Source: a virus
Taxonomy: Duplodnaviria > Caudoviricetes
Length of the DNA stretch: 64,000 bases
IMG/VR virus record: IMGVR_UViG_3300025018_000091
Strand: one strand, 5' to 3'
How positions within the stretch are numbered: position 1 is the first letter of the stretch; each line of letters opens with the position of its first letter. Below, in pieces: positions 7,654 to 17,800 of the stretch. A program made the position numbers and the translations under genes. Under the pieces are notes generated by a model that had not been told where the DNA came from, ran no database searches, and was given only the letters and a program-made list of their open reading frames with translations.

Positions 7654-8487
7654 TTATAAATACAATGCCTTTGTTTTATCTACAAATCTTAATATACTAG
7701 TTTCATCAACATAAGATGCCTCAGTAATTATTTTATAACCATTAGGAGAGCTTCTTGTTTCACCTGGACTTAATGGTTTTCCATTCTTCATTCTAATCAT
7801 AAACTCATCATAAGATTTTGTAAAATAATGATTAGTTTGGATTTTATCAACATACACGTCACCACATGAATGATCTGCTTCAGTAGTTCTATTTGAGCAG
7901 CCTTCACAATTACAAGATATACTTCCTATGATTTTTTGATTATTTTCTATTACTGCATAATGTGGTGATTTATATGCAAAACAATGAGAATCTTTAACTT
8001 TTTCAACCTTAGCTGGTTGTACTATACTTTTAACATGCCTATGCATACACCAATTTATTCTTGCAGCTTTTGTATAATTTTCTATAACTAATCCATCTGG
8101 TCTATGTATATGACCATTATTTCCAAAATATCTCCAATTACTACCTAATCCACCATACTGTTCATATTTAGATAATAATTCTGGAAGAGAATCATGTTGT
8201 TTAGGTACTAAAAATTCATCGACATCAATGAATGCCATCCATTTAGATTTATTACCAAAATTATTTAATGCATGAGTATATATCTCTATTTGTTTCTTTT
8301 TACCTGGAAACTCAGTAACAGTAACAAGACCTTGCTTTATATACTTATCTAATATTTTTTTTAATGGATTAGTGCTTTCATTATCATATATAAATATATG
8401 TTCAGCTCCAATAGCTCTATGATAATTAATCCATTCTTCTATATATAGATCTTCATTTTTAGCGGTACAAGCAACTGTTAAATACAT
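7654..8487 (-). CDS. Glycosyltransferase (GT-A fold, GT2/GT92-like)
   Basis: KNEDLYIEEWINYH, IYDNES, WMAFIDVDEF, NHYFTKS. Confidence 0.9.
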   Translation of the reverse strand: MYLTVACTAKNEDLYIEEWINYHRAIGAEHIFIYDNESTNPLKKILDKYIKQGLVTVTEFPGKKKQIEIYTHALNNFGNKSKWMAFIDVDEFLVPKQHDSLPELLSKYEQYGGLGSNWRYFGNNGHIHRPDGLVIENYTKAARINWCMHRHVKSIVQPAKVEKVKDSHCFAYKSPHYAVIENNQKIIGSISCNCEGCSNRTTEADHSCGDVYVDKIQTNHYFTKSYDEFMIRMKNGKPLSPGETRSSPNGYKIITEASYVDETSILRFVDKTKALYL

Positions 8488-9197
8488 TAATCTCTCACTT
8501 TATTATTACGGGCTAGATCTCTCATATTTTTATAATGAATTCTTATTAATTCTTCATTATCTAAATAATGAAACCCCATTCCAAATTTTTTATTATTATC
8601 ACTGAGCCTTGAAGCATACATGGAATATCGTGCAATTTGATAATCTGTATTTAAAAACTTATAATGATAAAGCGGATATATATTTTTACTATAGATAACT
8701 TTCCCTAAAGGAATTGCATTGTGACACCCAATAGTATAGTTTATTTCTTTCAATTTAGATCTATTAAACAATAGAGATTTGTTATATTGTTCCGCTTTAA
8801 CTCCATTTTTTATGGAAAGAAGATCTAAATTATCTTCCATATTAACCATATTATAGCCTTCAGATCTTATTATAGTTGTACCATTTAGATCTTCAGATTG
8901 TAACTGTTTATATGTAATGTCCAACAATTCATCAGCATCACAAACCAAAACCCAATTTGTGTCTGCAGTTTTCCAACAATTATTTTTTAATTCAAGATAC
9001 TTATAATCATCTATTTTATCATTTGTATTAAAATCTTGTATTTTACTTCCATATTTATTGGCAATCTCTCTAGTTTTATCTGTACTAAAATTATCACATA
9101 ACACTATATTACAATTAGGAAATCTTTTTCTATAATGATTTATAGTAAAATCAATCATGATCTCTTCGTTGTATGTCATAATATAAACAGTAATCAT
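8487..9197 (-). CDS. Glycosyltransferase family 2-like
   Basis: TYNEE, DNFSTD, WVLVCDADE, LYHY. Confidence 0.9.
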   Translation of the reverse strand: MITVYIMTYNEEIMIDFTINHYRKRFPNCNIVLCDNFSTDKTREIANKYGSKIQDFNTNDKIDDYKYLELKNNCWKTADTNWVLVCDADELLDITYKQLQSEDLNGTTIIRSEGYNMVNMEDNLDLLSIKNGVKAEQYNKSLLFNRSKLKEINYTIGCHNAIPLGKVIYSKNIYPLYHYKFLNTDYQIARYSMYASRLSDNNKKFGMGFHYLDNEELIRIHYKNMRDLARNNKVRD

Positions 9198-9217
9198 ATA
9201 TTTTGTGTCCTATATAG

Positions 9218-9880
9218 TTATTTATATGTAGATTGTTTAGACCCAATATGTTCGCATGCATGATTTATCAATGCTACAGTCCTATATCCTTCTTTTAAAG
9301 CATGTTTATTACAACTACACTCAGAGTGTACAATTGCTTTATTAGGAACTATATATTTGATAAATCCTTCTGGAAATAACCTTTTATAATCAGATAATCT
9401 TCTTAAACCAGGATTAAAACTAAACCCACACCAAGCTCCACAGTGAGGAACTTTTACATACCTAAATTGCACATTTGTTTTTGTTTTTAATAGCTGTTCT
9501 TCCAACCAGTCTTCACCAGGTATTAGCCACACTTGATTGATATTTTTATATTCATCTAAAATATCAACAGAATTTGACACAAAAAATGAATTATTTCGAA
9601 ATAACCAATCATCTTCGCAATGAAAAATATATTCAGTTTTCACCATATTATACATATTATCTATTGATTGTAATAGACCTAGATTCTTATTATTAAATAT
9701 GAGTTCTATTTTGTTTCCATACCTTTTTTCTATTTTGGATTTCATTTCTAAATTACCAGAATCTTCTGTTACTATAAATCTTTCTATTGGATAGGTATTA
9801 AGATTAAAGAAAGAATCCAAAGTTTTTTGTAATAAATTAAATCTATTACATGATGTAAGGCAAAAGGTAATTTTATTCAT
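9218..9880 (-). CDS. Glycosyltransferase family 2-like
   Basis: TSCNRFNLL, TEDS, FHCEDDW, FSFNPGLRR. Confidence 0.88.
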   Translation of the reverse strand: MNKITFCLTSCNRFNLLQKTLDSFFNLNTYPIERFIVTEDSGNLEMKSKIEKRYGNKIELIFNNKNLGLLQSIDNMYNMVKTEYIFHCEDDWLFRNNSFFVSNSVDILDEYKNINQVWLIPGEDWLEEQLLKTKTNVQFRYVKVPHCGAWCGFSFNPGLRRLSDYKRLFPEGFIKYIVPNKAIVHSECSCNKHALKEGYRTVALINHACEHIGSKQSTYK

Positions 9881-9888
9881 TTTTCTCC

Positions 9889-10581
9889 TTACCATTTATA
9901 TGTAGATATGTGCTGACCCATATTATGGCAAGCACCATTAGTTAATAATGCTGCTCGATATCCATTTTCTTTAGCATGTTGGTTACAGGCAAACTCTGAA
10001 CAAACACCATGTCCCTTTTGAATATGTTTTATATAACCACTTGGAAACAGTCTCTTATAATCAGATAATCTTCTTAAACCAGGATTAAAACTGAATCCGC
10101 ACCAACTTCCATTATTTTTTACCATTCTATATTTAACACCAGTTGATGTTTGTAAAGCTTCAGACTCTAATCTATTTAATATATTTTTACCATGGCTAAC
10201 AGTATAATTATTTAAGTGTCTTATCCAAATTTGATTTATATTATTATTTTCTGTAAGAATATCAATAGAATCTTGCATAAAATTTGGGTTACCATCATAT
10301 TTATAATCATCTTCACTATGAAAAATATATTCAGTTTTTACCATATTATACATATTATCTATTGATTGTAGTAAACCCAAATTTTTCTCATTGAAAATAA
10401 GTTTAACCTTATCTTTATATTCATTCTCAATCTTTTTTTTCATCTCTAGATTGGCAGAATCTTCTGTTACTATAAATTTTTCTATCGGGTAAGAATTAAG
10501 TTCAAGAAAAGAATCTACAGTTTGTTTTAAAAGATTAAAACGATTATAAGAAGTTAAACATACTGTAACCGTATTTTTCAT
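9889..10581 (-). CDS. Glycosyltransferase family 2-like (tandem paralog of 9218..9880)
   Basis: TSYNRFNLL, FHSEDDY, FSFNPGLRRLSDYKRLFP. Confidence 0.88.
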   Translation of the reverse strand: MKNTVTVCLTSYNRFNLLKQTVDSFLELNSYPIEKFIVTEDSANLEMKKKIENEYKDKVKLIFNEKNLGLLQSIDNMYNMVKTEYIFHSEDDYKYDGNPNFMQDSIDILTENNNINQIWIRHLNNYTVSHGKNILNRLESEALQTSTGVKYRMVKNNGSWCGFSFNPGLRRLSDYKRLFPSGYIKHIQKGHGVCSEFACNQHAKENGYRAALLTNGACHNMGQHISTYKW

Positions 10582-10583
10582 GA

Positions 10584-11150
10584 TTACCTTTTAAAAATCA
10601 TAAGAGTATTTTTAAACCATCCTGCAGATGAATCAATAATACTACGACCATCTTTACTTTCTTTTTCTAAATAAGTAAATCCTAATTTTTCAAACCTATC
10701 AATTGCTTCATGATTATCAAGACAATTAACGTGACCAAACCCACCTTGACCTCTAATTGCCCAAGAAGATATTAAAATATTATCACAAGCATCTGTAACA
10801 TTTTTTAATAGTTGTGTTTCATATTGTGCAGGAACATGCTCTGCAACTTCTAAGAAAATACAATTTCCTTTTTCAGGAAGTGTAAATGGTTGTGTAAGAT
10901 CTTGACAATATATATTGTTAAAATAATCTCCTTTGCGAGGAGGATCTCCTTCAAAACCTTGTAGTTTTTTAAAACCAGCATCTTGTAAGGTTTTAAGATA
11001 TTTACCCATTCCGCAACCAAAATCATATATTTGTTTATCTTTTTGATCTTTTAAAAAATCAACAATCCATTGTGCCAGTGGTGGGCAATGAACATGATGA
11101 ACATGGGCGCTATCTCCTGTCCAAAAACCTGTTTTAGATATCTCAGCCAT
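10584..11150 (-). CDS. Class I SAM-dependent methyltransferase
   Basis: IYDFGCGMG, LEVAEH, GQGGFGHVN. Confidence 0.88.
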   Translation of the reverse strand: MAEISKTGFWTGDSAHVHHVHCPPLAQWIVDFLKDQKDKQIYDFGCGMGKYLKTLQDAGFKKLQGFEGDPPRKGDYFNNIYCQDLTQPFTLPEKGNCIFLEVAEHVPAQYETQLLKNVTDACDNILISSWAIRGQGGFGHVNCLDNHEAIDRFEKLGFTYLEKESKDGRSIIDSSAGWFKNTLMIFKR

Positions 11151-11162
11151 ACAAACCTCACT

Positions 11163-11741
11163 TTACTTTGCAAATTTTACTATTTCTTCAAACGGCATTA
11201 ATCGTAGCCATTTTTGCTTATTAGCTGATAAATTATCCCAAGTTAATAAAGACTCATCAACTAAAATCTTGTCAGAATTATTTCTAACTTTAACTACACC
11301 ACAACCATTATTAAAATTACCGACAGCACAATCTAAATAAGATAAACATCTAAGTTTTACAAAAGATTTCCAAACATCTCCGGTCCAAGCCCTTATTATC
11401 ATATCTTGTTCTCGAAGTTGCTCTTTCTCTTGCGTAGGACAACAATCATGCATAACTATTGTTCCATTATTATTCAAACAATTTAAAGAGTTAATAATAT
11501 CTTTATCAACCTGCTCCCACAGATGCAATCCATCAATAAAAATAATATCAAATGTTTGTTTATTTTGTTCAAAAAACTCATCACTGGTCATTCTATGAGT
11601 TCCACCCATTTTTGGATCAACGCCTATTTTATCTTTGATATTGATTTTGTCATAATTAAAATTATTTTCACAACCAATTTCTAAATAACTTGTATATCCA
11701 AAATGATCAATAATTGCTTGTATTAATATGGTTCTATTCAT
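11163..11741 (-). CDS. Class I SAM-dependent methyltransferase
   Basis: YLEIG, GVDP, DIIFIDGLH, IVMHD, WTGDVWK. Confidence 0.88.
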   Translation of the reverse strand: MNRTILIQAIIDHFGYTSYLEIGCENNFNYDKINIKDKIGVDPKMGGTHRMTSDEFFEQNKQTFDIIFIDGLHLWEQVDKDIINSLNCLNNNGTIVMHDCCPTQEKEQLREQDMIIRAWTGDVWKSFVKLRCLSYLDCAVGNFNNGCGVVKVRNNSDKILVDESLLTWDNLSANKQKWLRLMPFEEIVKFAK

Positions 11742-11742
11742 T

Positions 11743-12447
11743 TTATCCTCTTATTTTTACAGCATTTTCTCGTAAGTTAATAAACCAATCGCTTATTTCC
11801 TTTTCAGAAAACATATAATGATATCCCCATTTGTTTTCTATATTCTCTTCACTTAATCTTTGAGCATTTCTTTTATACTTATTTACTACAAAATTTTTAT
11901 TTAAAAAATGATAATGATATGCTAAATAGCTTTTTTCACTCATCTTTACCATACCATTAGGGCTACTAACATGACAACCTATATCATAATTTATATTTGT
12001 AATTGATTTTTTATTAAACAAATATGATTTGTCATGATTAGTGCTTCTAATACCATATTTTATATGGAAAAGATCTTGGCTATCATCTAAACTTACCATA
12101 TTATAACCTTCAGATTTAATGATTGTTGATCCTAAATGATCTTCATATTCTAATTCAGATTGTGTAATATCTAATAATTCATCAATATCACAAACCAATA
12201 CCCAGTCTGTTTGAGAAGATTTCCAACAATTATTTTTAATTTCTAGATATTTATGTTCATTAATTTTATTATTAGTATCATATAGTTTAATTTCACACCC
12301 ATTATATTTTGCAATTTCTGTTGTTTTATCCGTACTATAATTGTCAAATAAAACAATTTGACAATTTGGAAACCTTTCTTTATAATGATCAATCATAAAT
12401 TGCATTAACAATTCCTCATTATAAGAAACTGTATATACAGTAATCAT
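11743..12447 (-). CDS. Glycosyltransferase family 2-like (paralog of 8487..9197)
   Basis: SYNEE, DNYSTD, WVLVCDIDE, EGYNMV. Confidence 0.88.
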   Translation of the reverse strand: MITVYTVSYNEELLMQFMIDHYKERFPNCQIVLFDNYSTDKTTEIAKYNGCEIKLYDTNNKINEHKYLEIKNNCWKSSQTDWVLVCDIDELLDITQSELEYEDHLGSTIIKSEGYNMVSLDDSQDLFHIKYGIRSTNHDKSYLFNKKSITNINYDIGCHVSSPNGMVKMSEKSYLAYHYHFLNKNFVVNKYKRNAQRLSEENIENKWGYHYMFSEKEISDWFINLRENAVKIRG

Positions 12448-12986
12448 CTCTTTATTCCATAGAAATATAAATCAAAAGCCTCATTATTTATTTCAAAATT
12501 ATATTCTCCAAATATCAAATCAATATCTAAACATTGTCTAATATCATTTTCAGTTAAGTTTTTATAATAATCAGACCATGTTCCAAAATTATTAAGCAAT
12601 GGAGCATCAACCGGATTCGATGCATTTGTTCCATGCTCAGGTCGTCCAGTTGTGGCACATGTAAATAATAATAATCCACCAGGCTTCAATAATCGCACAA
12701 TATTTTTTAATGATTTTTCATAATACATGTCATGTTCAAAACATTCTGTTGAAATAATTACATCATATGATCCATCATCTCCAATAAATTCATGCGCTTT
12801 AGATACAACATCTACGTTTTTACCCCATCCAATATCAATACCAAGCACTAAACAATCTTCAAATAAATATTGATTGTTACCATTAATATCAAGGGAACCA
12901 ACGTCTAATACTTTTTGTCTAATAAAAAAATGTGGAAACTTATCCTTAATTTTCAAACAAAAATCTTTTTGAGCTTGATGCGCCAT
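12444..12986 (-). CDS. Class I SAM-dependent methyltransferase
   Basis: VLDVGSLDING, YDVIISTECFEHD, LKPGG, GRPEHG. Confidence 0.88.
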   Translation of the reverse strand: MAHQAQKDFCLKIKDKFPHFFIRQKVLDVGSLDINGNNQYLFEDCLVLGIDIGWGKNVDVVSKAHEFIGDDGSYDVIISTECFEHDMYYEKSLKNIVRLLKPGGLLLFTCATTGRPEHGTNASNPVDAPLLNNFGTWSDYYKNLTENDIRQCLDIDLIFGEYNFEINNEAFDLYFYGIKR

Positions 12987-14077
12987 TATTTTTCTCCAGA
13001 GATTAAGTTAAATAATTCTTTTCTCACTATAGCTGGATCTAAACTAGAATCAAGTGATATTAATTTCATGATTTTAAAACGCATAAACTCTGGAGGTAAT
13101 GGAGTTTTAGTATTTCTTATTTTAGGATGCTGAGTCGTGGTGGTTGTTTCATGACTAAAAGATAATTCTTCAAAGATTTTTTCTCCAGGTCTAATACCAG
13201 AAAATTCAATCTTTATATCAACATCTGGTACAAATCCAGATAGCTTAATCATATTTTTAGCTAAATCTAATATCTTTACAGATTCCCCCATATCTAAAAC
13301 ATATATAGATCCAGTTTCAGCAAAAACACTAGCTTGTAATAAAAGTCGTGCAGCCTCTGGAATTGTCATAAAAAATCTTGTCATATCTGGATGAGTAACT
13401 TTTACTGGTCCACCATTCTCAATTTGAGATTTAAAAATAGGAACAACACTTCCAGAACTTCCTAAAACATTTCCAAACCTCACTGTAATGAAACGAGTCT
13501 TAGGATATCTCTGAGAAAAAATCTGCATATAATATTCAGCAACTCGCTTTGTCGCCCCCATTACTGATGTAGGATTTACTGCCTTATCAGTAGATACAAA
13601 TATAAAAGCTTCCGCATCAACATAAGCTGACATGAAAGCAACAACTTGCGTCCCTAAAATATTATTTTGTATAGCCTCACTAGGATTAGCTTCACTCAAC
13701 GGTACATGCTTATTAGCTGCCGCATGATAGATAATCTGCGGCTGAGTCTCATCAAATATCGCTTTAGCTCTCGCTAGGTCTGCTACCGAACCAAGGCGAG
13801 GAATAACTTTAAGATTTGGATACTTTTCTTTTATTTCCTTTTCTAAGAAAAACTGATTGTTTTCATTATGATCAAAAAATATCAAAGATTCTGGATTAAA
13901 TTGCGCAATTTGTCTAACCAATTCATTACCAATACTTCCAGCCGCTCCAGTAATCATAACTCGTTTACCAGAAATGAAATTTGATATTTCTAAAGTATCA
14001 ATTTCAACTGGCTCACGACAAAGCAATTCTTCAATAGAAAAATCTCTCAATACAAGTGGATTTGAATTATTTGACAT
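12986..14077 (-). CDS. Nucleotide-sugar 4,6-dehydratase (CapD/PglF-like catalytic domain)
   Basis: ITGAAGSIG, HAAANKHVP, STDKAVNPTSVMGATKR, RFGNVLGSSGSV, GIRPGEK. Confidence 0.92.
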   Translation of the reverse strand: MSNNSNPLVLRDFSIEELLCREPVEIDTLEISNFISGKRVMITGAAGSIGNELVRQIAQFNPESLIFFDHNENNQFFLEKEIKEKYPNLKVIPRLGSVADLARAKAIFDETQPQIIYHAAANKHVPLSEANPSEAIQNNILGTQVVAFMSAYVDAEAFIFVSTDKAVNPTSVMGATKRVAEYYMQIFSQRYPKTRFITVRFGNVLGSSGSVVPIFKSQIENGGPVKVTHPDMTRFFMTIPEAARLLLQASVFAETGSIYVLDMGESVKILDLAKNMIKLSGFVPDVDIKIEFSGIRPGEKIFEELSFSHETTTTTQHPKIRNTKTPLPPEFMRFKIMKLISLDSSLDPAIVRKELFNLISGEK

Positions 14078-14085
14078 ATATTACC

Positions 14086-14250
14086 TTAATTAGTTAATGG
14101 TCTTTTTCTAATAACTATAATTTCGGGTTCTTTAGATTCTATGTGATTTGTAAATCCACATTTTTTACATTTTATTTTTTTGATAATGGATCTATCTGAA
14201 CTTATTATATCAACCTCTCCATTACAAATAATACACTTCAATATTTTCAT
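14086..14250 (-). CDS. Small Zn-ribbon protein (54 aa, not in ORF track)
   Basis: MKILKCIICNG...KCKKCGF; fills the intergenic gap exactly. Confidence 0.7.
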   Translation of the reverse strand: MKILKCIICNGEVDIISSDRSIIKKIKCKKCGFTNHIESKEPEIIVIRKRPLTN

Positions 14251-15122
14251 TCATTACCTACTAAAATCTCTTTAAACTTATCCATATCTACATTAACAGA
14301 TATTTTTGCATTAAGATTATCAGATTTACGAGAACCCCATTCCCCCTTCTCTCTATATAGCTCCACATCTTCAAATTTACATATATCTGAATTAATAGCA
14401 CAACAAGCAGCTAAAGGATCATGAAATGCCTTGCCACTAGGATTCTTTTTCAAATATTTAGTCATACCACTATAAATTAAGGATAATCCCGGATTTCTAT
14501 CTTTAAATTGCGCCATAAAATTATGCATATCATAATCATATTTTACACCATGACATACGTTTTTAGATATGAACCAACGTTCATTAATGTCAGGAGAATC
14601 TAATACTTTGAGCGCCGATTTTACGTCTCCATTGAGGTTAAACGTCGGACAAGTAATTCTACCTTTGAATTTCTCTAAAACATTTTCGGCGGCAACAATA
14701 TTGTCCCCAGCAAAACCACCCTGAACAACAAGCTTATTTATTTTAATATTGCCGTCTAATAACGCACCAATGTTTCCTAACGAAGCGCCACAAACAATAA
14801 CTAAATTAGGATATGTAGAAACTATATCTCTAAGAATAATTGCTCCGGTACTATCAGGTTCGGCTGGAGGAATCTTGCCAAGCCACTTATAATGAAATTC
14901 TGATACACATTGTTTTGAATGATCAACATTTTTAGATCCTACTGGAATATCTTTGTTCAATAGTTTAAGTACATGTTTTACTAAACCAATTTGGTGCCTA
15001 GAGCCAGGCGTAACCGTTACAGACACTAAGTTAACTTTAGGATGATGAGCTAATAAACATAATGTAAATACATCATCTGGATCGGCAGTTTCCATATCCC
15101 AAGCAATATTAAGTCTTTTCAT
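14247..15122 (-). CDS. Nucleoside hydrolase (inosine-uridine family)
   Basis: DMETADPDD N-terminal motif, TFN, FHDPLA. Confidence 0.85.
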   Translation of the reverse strand: MKRLNIAWDMETADPDDVFTLCLLAHHPKVNLVSVTVTPGSRHQIGLVKHVLKLLNKDIPVGSKNVDHSKQCVSEFHYKWLGKIPPAEPDSTGAIILRDIVSTYPNLVIVCGASLGNIGALLDGNIKINKLVVQGGFAGDNIVAAENVLEKFKGRITCPTFNLNGDVKSALKVLDSPDINERWFISKNVCHGVKYDYDMHNFMAQFKDRNPGLSLIYSGMTKYLKKNPSGKAFHDPLAACCAINSDICKFEDVELYREKGEWGSRKSDNLNAKISVNVDMDKFKEILVGNE

Positions 15123-15409
15123 ATTACACACCCATCTTGTAAGTTACCATTACTATAACCTCGATGTAACAACGTGATACCTTTTATTTTTCCATAACTA
15201 TATGATACATCATAGACAAAATGATTGCATCCGTATTTTTTCTCATATTCTTGGCTTTGATACTGGCAAGTTAATTTATGAGTACAATCACTGCCACATT
15301 TACAAGAAAAAGGGAGTTTAAATTTAGAATCTAATAAATAAAGGATTTCAGCTATCGCTGTTTGGTTGCCAGAAATTTTCATACTAAACCTCGTGCGCAA
15401 ATGATACAA
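15119..15409 (-). CDS. Hypothetical protein
   Basis: Co-oriented ORF. Confidence 0.5.
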   Translation of the reverse strand: MYHLRTRFSMKISGNQTAIAEILYLLDSKFKLPFSCKCGSDCTHKLTCQYQSQEYEKKYGCNHFVYDVSYSYGKIKGITLLHRGYSNGNLQDGCVI

Positions 15410-15432
15410 TCACGAATCTATTATCTAATATA

Positions 15433-15783
15433 TCATAAACCAAAATCTTTTAATGTATCTGTCGCCAAATCTCTTACATCACCGGAAGGATCGTTTTTAG
15501 ATAAAATTCTTAATCTATCTTCTATTTCTTGCGGAAGTTTCTTTTCTGCATAAAAAGAAAGAGCGCATAATATTGCGCTCTCTCTAAGTAAAACATGTAC
15601 ATGTTTTAAGAGTTTTATCACTATTGGAAGAACTATAGCTTCATCTTCTACTTCTTCTCCCAAAATCTCAACAGCCAATGCCATTGTCTTAATGTCTGTT
15701 TTATAGTGATTATTAATGATTTTTATTAATTCTTGAGGGTCTGTTTGTGCGAGTTCTTGTAACTTTTGATTCGAATATCCCAT
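15433..15783 (-). CDS. HEAT-repeat-like protein
   Basis: LLRESAILCAL and DPSGDVRDLA helical repeats. Confidence 0.6.
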   Translation of the reverse strand: MGYSNQKLQELAQTDPQELIKIINNHYKTDIKTMALAVEILGEEVEDEAIVLPIVIKLLKHVHVLLRESAILCALSFYAEKKLPQEIEDRLRILSKNDPSGDVRDLATDTLKDFGL

Positions 15784-15820
15784 ACTTAATAGACCCTTTC
15801 AAATTGTGAGAATTAATTTA

Positions 15821-16105
15821 TCAATTTGCATTATTCATTTCATCTTTCGTAAGATCCTCAGCCGGTTCCTCTGGATCTTCAAATACAATTTTAGTCATGC
15901 CAGCATGACCATGAATGTATTCTACATCCTCTAAACAATTATATAGATTGGTGCTTGAGCGCGAGCCAAACCATTCTAGTGCTACCTTTCCATTTGAAAA
16001 TATAACACCCTCTGCTACTTTGCCAACACCACTTACACCTGACGCGTCTTTCTCTCTTATGAAATGAAATCTACGCATTTTCGTTTCCTTGGTTACTATT
16101 GACAT
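15821..16105 (-). CDS. Hypothetical protein
   Basis: RRFHFIREKDASGVSGVGKVAEGVIF; co-oriented ORF. Confidence 0.65.
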   Translation of the reverse strand: MSIVTKETKMRRFHFIREKDASGVSGVGKVAEGVIFSNGKVALEWFGSRSSTNLYNCLEDVEYIHGHAGMTKIVFEDPEEPAEDLTKDEMNNAN

Positions 16106-16110
16106 GGCAT

Positions 16111-16911
16111 TTATTCACTTAATATATCTACACCTAATGTAAGCATATTTGGTAAAATTGGTCTATCATGCCAATGACTTCCTTGATTTAAGATACTATT
16201 AGTAAATGAGTCTCTTACAAATTTATATCTACCAATAGTTTCTTCGTCTGTTTCAACTTTAATATACACCCCTTCATCTAATTCTGACATATCTGTTTGG
16301 GCTTCTATTAATGCGAAATCTTGACCAGTATTTTTAGCTTGTTTTCTTAAATTTTCTTTCCAATTGCTTGTTTTATAAAATGAAGGCTGTATAAATGATT
16401 TGAGATGTTCAAGCGTTGTTGCTATACCCATATATGCTATAGGTACAGCACTATAGCTTAATCCTTCTAATAACTTTTGTCTAGCCTTCGTGGAAAGAAA
16501 TAACTGTCTCTCTTTATCATACACATCAAATTCAAATATATAATGAGGTAAGTTATCATAGAATACCGTATGTTTGGCATATAAATTCTCTGCATAGAAA
16601 ATATATCTATTTCCCAGCACATCAAATAAATCATGTTGAAATCTATTTGCCCAGATTCTAAATTGAACAAATTCCCTTTCTCTAGGTCCACCACGCAATT
16701 CATGCCCGCGACTTTGAAGAATCATGCAGCCATCTTCAAAAGATACACCACAGTTAGATCCATCAATTTTATATTCATAAACAACATTTTTACCCTGTAA
16801 AGCAGTTTCAAATGATTGGTCTGTCAATTCAAAGTCATCGCCCGACTTGCGGGAGCCCGCAATATGAGTGGTTCTTGGATAGCGCATAATATTAATCATT
16901 AGATCCTCCAA
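16111..16911 (-). CDS. RNA ligase-family nucleotidyltransferase (Rnl2-like)
   Basis: YPRTTH, KIDG (motif I), EFD, EGVYIK, KFV. Confidence 0.85.
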   Translation of the reverse strand: MEDLMINIMRYPRTTHIAGSRKSGDDFELTDQSFETALQGKNVVYEYKIDGSNCGVSFEDGCMILQSRGHELRGGPREREFVQFRIWANRFQHDLFDVLGNRYIFYAENLYAKHTVFYDNLPHYIFEFDVYDKERQLFLSTKARQKLLEGLSYSAVPIAYMGIATTLEHLKSFIQPSFYKTSNWKENLRKQAKNTGQDFALIEAQTDMSELDEGVYIKVETDEETIGRYKFVRDSFTNSILNQGSHWHDRPILPNMLTLGVDILSE

Positions 16912-16954
16912 TATGTAGTGTACTAATATATACCATTATTTTGGTATATTATGT

Positions 16955-17800
16955 ATGATATCTCTTAATTATAATAACCCAAAACAATGTAAAGAATGCA
17001 AACAAACGTTTTTTGCAAGGAAAGACCGACAAAATCAGCTTTTTTGTAAAATTTCATGCAAACGGATTTTTGAATATAAAGCACGATTACGATCATGTGC
17101 TCATTGTAATAAAAATTTTCTACTAAAAAATACGGCATATGAAAAACGTGGTGGCGGAAAATATTGTTCAATAGATTGTGCTAAATATGCCACAAAAAAA
17201 TATTCAAATGATGAACAATTTTTTGATAAAATTGATAGCGAAGAAAAGGCATATTGGTTAGGATTTATTGTCGCTGATGGATTTAACAGCAATGATGAGT
17301 TAATTATACAATTAAGTGAAAAAGATGTAAGTCATTTACAAAAATTTAAAAAAACAATTAATGCTAATAATCCAATAAGTTATGTAAAACGAAAAACTAA
17401 TACTTGTGTATTACGAATTGGTAGTAGATATTTATGCAAACAATTGACCAAATTGGGATGTATAAAAAAGAAAAGTTTATGCGTTTATATACCTAATATA
17501 GATAATAATTTAATACGACATTTTATTAGAGGATATTTTGATGGAGATGGATGCTGTTATAATAATGGTAAATATAGAGTGTGGTCAATTCATTCTGGAT
17601 CAACGCAATTAATCCAACAAATAAAAAATGAAATAGAGTCAAGTTTGAATATAAAATCACTACGATTATATTCGAAAAATACAAATAATAACTCATTATA
17701 CACTGGGAAAAAGGAAGTTATTGATAATATCAAACATTATTTATATGATGATGCAACAATTTACCTTGAAAGAAAATATAATAAATTTTCACATAACTAA
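16955..17800 (+). CDS. LAGLIDADG homing endonuclease with N-terminal Zn fingers
   Basis: AYWLGFIVADG and FIRGYFDGDG helices; CxxC repeats. Confidence 0.9.
   Translation: MISLNYNNPKQCKECKQTFFARKDRQNQLFCKISCKRIFEYKARLRSCAHCNKNFLLKNTAYEKRGGGKYCSIDCAKYATKKYSNDEQFFDKIDSEEKAYWLGFIVADGFNSNDELIIQLSEKDVSHLQKFKKTINANNPISYVKRKTNTCVLRIGSRYLCKQLTKLGCIKKKSLCVYIPNIDNNLIRHFIRGYFDGDGCCYNNGKYRVWSIHSGSTQLIQQIKNEIESSLNIKSLRLYSKNTNNNSLYTGKKEVIDNIKHYLYDDATIYLERKYNKFSHN

Noticed and set aside
16955-17800. Group I intron or intein around the LAGLIDADG gene
   Set aside because: The gene is antisense to both neighbours, which look complete; no split host gene or intein termini.
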